Below, piece by piece: positions 61,540-64,000 of a DNA stretch of 64,000 nt (positions are counted from its first letter, which is position 1; each line of letters opens with the position of its first letter). The notes under the pieces were generated by a model. That model was given only the letters and a program-made list of their open reading frames with translations. It was not told where the DNA came from and searched no databases. A program made the position numbers and the translations under genes. The DNA is from an uncultured virus (IMG/VR IMGVR_UViG_2825527155_000001) (lineage: Duplodnaviria > Heunggongvirae > Uroviricota > Caudoviricetes): IMG/VR virus record IMGVR_UViG_2825527155_000001; one strand, given 5' to 3'.

Positions 61540-61943
61540 TCGATAACCGCACCGCCAGCGCAATTGACCTGGCACTACAGAAGTACGACACGCCAGTCGG
61601 ACCGCTGTTCGTCTCAGTACGCCATGGACGCCATAAAAAATGCTTCAGCCGGGATACAGCAATCCGTCACCTGGCGTTTTTTATGACAACCAAAGCTTTC
61701 GGGCGTTCTGGTTTCATTCAGCGTCAACCTGATGTGCGGGTAATCCATCCGGAATACGGTGAGACCTGGCAACGCGGTGCCGTCACACGCGAATACCTGA
61801 TAGCCCACCAGCGCTGCGTTCGCCGTCTGCGCCACATTCTGGCCCGTAAACGTGAAATGGAAAAGTGGTGCCAAAAATGGGACTCAATGCACGACCGCTT
61901 TGTGAAAGAGGTTGACAAGCTACAGGCCAGTAAACCGTTTTGA
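61536..61943 (+). CDS. Conserved phage hypothetical protein
   Basis: AGGAG RBS, coupled ORF. Confidence 0.7.
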   Translation: MIDNRTASAIDLALQKYDTPVGPLFVSVRHGRHKKCFSRDTAIRHLAFFMTTKAFGRSGFIQRQPDVRVIHPEYGETWQRGAVTREYLIAHQRCVRRLRHILARKREMEKWCQKWDSMHDRFVKEVDKLQASKPF

Positions 61944-61954
61944 GGAAAAATCAG

Positions 61955-62704
61955 ATGAACACTGTAACCATCAATAACAAACAACTTCCGGCAGTCGAAT
62001 ATCGCGGTCAGCGAGTTGTGACATTCGCAATGATTGATGAAGTGCATAACCGACCACAGGACACTGCCCGCGCAGCGTTCAACCGTAATCGCGAGCATTT
62101 TATTGCTGGTGTGGATTACGAAGAATTAGGTTCGGACGTAATACGTACGGACCTCCCAGAAGGAACTTTTTCGAAATTTGCACCTTCCGGAATTGTTATT
62201 TTTGAGTCTGGCTATCTAATGCTGACGAAGCCATTTAACGATCCGCTGTCCTGGCAGGTTCAGCGCGAGCTGATCAATAGCTACTTCCGCACTCGCGCGC
62301 CGCTGACGGAAATCGAAATGATCGCAGCAATGGCCGCCGACGCCGTTCGCCAGCAGAAACGCCTGAATCAAGTCGAAGTACGGATCGAGACAGTAACCGA
62401 AGCCGTCGAGAACATCAAACGCGGAAATATGCGCGCCGGATATGTCGGCTATCGCCAAGTGGTCGCCAAAAGCGGAATGACTGACGCGAAGTGTCGGAAT
62501 CTGGTTAACGCTTACCGCATCCCCACCGATACGCATGAATTTATGACACCTGACGGCCTTTTGTCCCGCCGGGCTATCGTTGAACTTGAGCCGTTCATGG
62601 AAGCCTTTCATCAGATGATGTCAGAAGCTGAACCACGCGGCACACGCTGGTATCACCCGAAGATGGGCCTTTTCCAGGCTATTGGCTGGGAGGGTAAAGC
62701 ATGA
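61955..62704 (+). CDS. ORF6N-domain antirepressor-like protein
   Basis: EYRGQRVVTFAMIDEVH, ESGYLMLTKPFND, WQVQRELINSYF. Confidence 0.85.
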   Translation: MNTVTINNKQLPAVEYRGQRVVTFAMIDEVHNRPQDTARAAFNRNREHFIAGVDYEELGSDVIRTDLPEGTFSKFAPSGIVIFESGYLMLTKPFNDPLSWQVQRELINSYFRTRAPLTEIEMIAAMAADAVRQQKRLNQVEVRIETVTEAVENIKRGNMRAGYVGYRQVVAKSGMTDAKCRNLVNAYRIPTDTHEFMTPDGLLSRRAIVELEPFMEAFHQMMSEAEPRGTRWYHPKMGLFQAIGWEGKA

Positions 62705-62958
62705 AAATCGAATACCAGGCTGGCGGTACAACAAGTCGACTGATAATCACCAGCAGCTTACTTCAGTGTCGCAGCCATCTGTTGGTCGTTGATGAACTTC
62801 TGTTCTACTTTCCGCGAATGAAAGTTACGCAGCACGGTTTTTTCCTCATCACAACCATCCTTGAGGGAGAGCACGCTCACGCAATGCGCGCAAGGGCAAT
62901 AGCGGCGAGGATAATGGAAGAAAGACAAATTCGAGGGAAAAAACAATGGCGGATATGA
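62701..62958 (+). CDS. Hypothetical protein
   Basis: Coupled ORF. Confidence 0.55.
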   Translation: MKIEYQAGGTTSRLIITSSLLQCRSHLLVVDELLFYFPRMKVTQHGFFLITTILEGEHAHAMRARAIAARIMEERQIRGKKQWRI

Positions 62959-63200
62959 CCATATTTGAATATCTCCAGGATCATCCTGACTCCACCAGTA
63001 GCGAAATCGCCAAAGCCTTAAACAAAAAAACATCAGCCGTCGCCAGCACATTATCACACCTCCGTGCTACCGGGCGGGTTGTGAAATCAAGTCGCCCCAA
63101 TAGCGACACCCCAGTTTACCGGGTGAATGAGCTGCCATTTGGATGCAGTAACAGATTAACCATGATGTTTAACCATCTGCTACGGGAAGTACGGCGATGA
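62946..63200 (+). CDS. Winged-helix DNA-binding protein
   Basis: IFEYL..HP..TSSEIA..L wHTH; PFGCSN tail. Confidence 0.7.
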   Translation: MADMTIFEYLQDHPDSTSSEIAKALNKKTSAVASTLSHLRATGRVVKSSRPNSDTPVYRVNELPFGCSNRLTMMFNHLLREVRR

Positions 63201-63526
63201 ACGAACATTCAGGCATTCCGGACTTTGTGTCCGAACCCCGGATGGACATATCTGATTCGATTTATTACCGGCATTACAGGGTCACCCGCCACGCAGCAGA
63301 ACGCTATCTGGAACGAATTGGCGGGGACGTCGGAAATATGCTCCTCGACCTTGATGGCGCGGTACTGTTTGAATCCTGCCGCAAAAGAACGCCACACAAA
63401 CTGCGCGTATCAGTTATCAGGTGTGAACAAGAAGGCGGTTATGCGCTCATTAACGGAAAGGCCATTTTTCTGGTTAAACCTGACAACCGGAGACACACCA
63501 TTGTGACCACATTACGCATGGAGTAA
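63197..63526 (+). CDS. Hypothetical protein
   Basis: Coupled ORF; TRHAAERYLERI motif. Confidence 0.6.
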   Translation: MNEHSGIPDFVSEPRMDISDSIYYRHYRVTRHAAERYLERIGGDVGNMLLDLDGAVLFESCRKRTPHKLRVSVIRCEQEGGYALINGKAIFLVKPDNRRHTIVTTLRME

Positions 63527-63529
63527 ACG

Positions 63530-63676
63530 ATGCATAAATCATTTGAACTATGGGTTCGTCGGCAGTACGGAAGCCGCTATGACCTGACGCGTGACGACTA
63601 CGGATTCTACTGCCGGGAAGTGGTTAAACGAATGAATGAAGTGTGGCGCTACTGCCATGGTTTTGATGTGGTGTGA
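63530..63676 (+). CDS. Small phage protein (48 aa)
   Basis: GGAG RBS; MHKSFELWVRRQYGSRYDLTRD. Confidence 0.55.
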   Translation: MHKSFELWVRRQYGSRYDLTRDDYGFYCREVVKRMNEVWRYCHGFDVV

Positions 63677-63683
63677 GGTGAGC

Positions 63684-63926
63684 ATGCAGACAATCATCTA
63701 CCAAATAGTCCCCAACGAGTGGGTCACTGAAAAATTATTGATTGCGGCTACCGGATTAAAACCCGGGACAATACTACGCGCCCGTAAAGAGTCGTGGTTG
63801 CTCGGTCGCGAGTACAAGCACGTGGCCCCTAACGGACATCCGAAGCCCACCAGCGAGTGTATGTACTACATTCCGGAGATTAATCGCTGGATAAAAAACC
63901 AGCCTGATCCGAACTTCGATCTTTGA
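63684..63926 (+). CDS. xis: Excisionase
   Basis: PNEWVTEKLLIAATGLKPGTI..AR..SW..GREY; directly upstream of int. Confidence 0.85.
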   Translation: MQTIIYQIVPNEWVTEKLLIAATGLKPGTILRARKESWLLGREYKHVAPNGHPKPTSECMYYIPEINRWIKNQPDPNFDL

Positions 63927-63978
63927 CTTAATCTGATGAGGCGGTAATCTGATGAAGCTCTTGGACGCAGGAGGAATT

Positions 63979-64000
63979 ATGGCTAAACCAGCCTATCCAA
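63979..64000 (+). CDS. Integrase, 5' end only (truncated by window)
   Basis: AGGAGG RBS, MAKPAYP, position after xis. Confidence 0.6.

Noticed and set aside
63636..63683. Longer start for the excisionase
   Set aside because: Overlaps the upstream 48-aa ORF; the GAGGTG RBS supports the ATG at 63684

Overview
Enterobacterial chromosome window, most likely Salmonella. Only about 2.2 kb is core genome (ybjS-amiD-ybjQ, 13899-16059), and it sits between two mobile elements. The left element (1 to ~13830, continuing off-window) is a low-GC integrative phage-satellite-like element. It carries a tyrosine integrase, a TOPRIM primase, a separate DUF3987-like P-loop protein, two AlpA-like genes, a C4-type antisense RNA upstream of a Ner-like gene, a GIY-YIG-like nuclease, its own lambda-family tape-measure protein, and three copies of a Chi-containing, primosome-site-like repeat. 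The right element (~16140 to the window end) is an almost complete temperate prophage next to ybjQ, the position used by Fels-1. It has a lambda-like head and cos packaging, a P2/Mu-like contractile tail, a lysis cassette, decayed tRNAs, a ParB-like + Dam-type methylase candidate defence pair, Q, primase/helicase, cI/cro, xis and the start of int. The most unusual signal is in the prophage cargo region (16750-23835). Here four low-GC cargo genes are interleaved with about 10 copies of one promoter motif (TTGACA-N10-ACCGTT-N2-CAGTAT-like). The motif is followed by modular hairpins with conserved, co-varying stems and variable loops. This looks like a phage-encoded small-RNA cassette array whose repeats also bracket each cargo gene. 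All protein assignments come from motif recognition and synteny; no database search was run.
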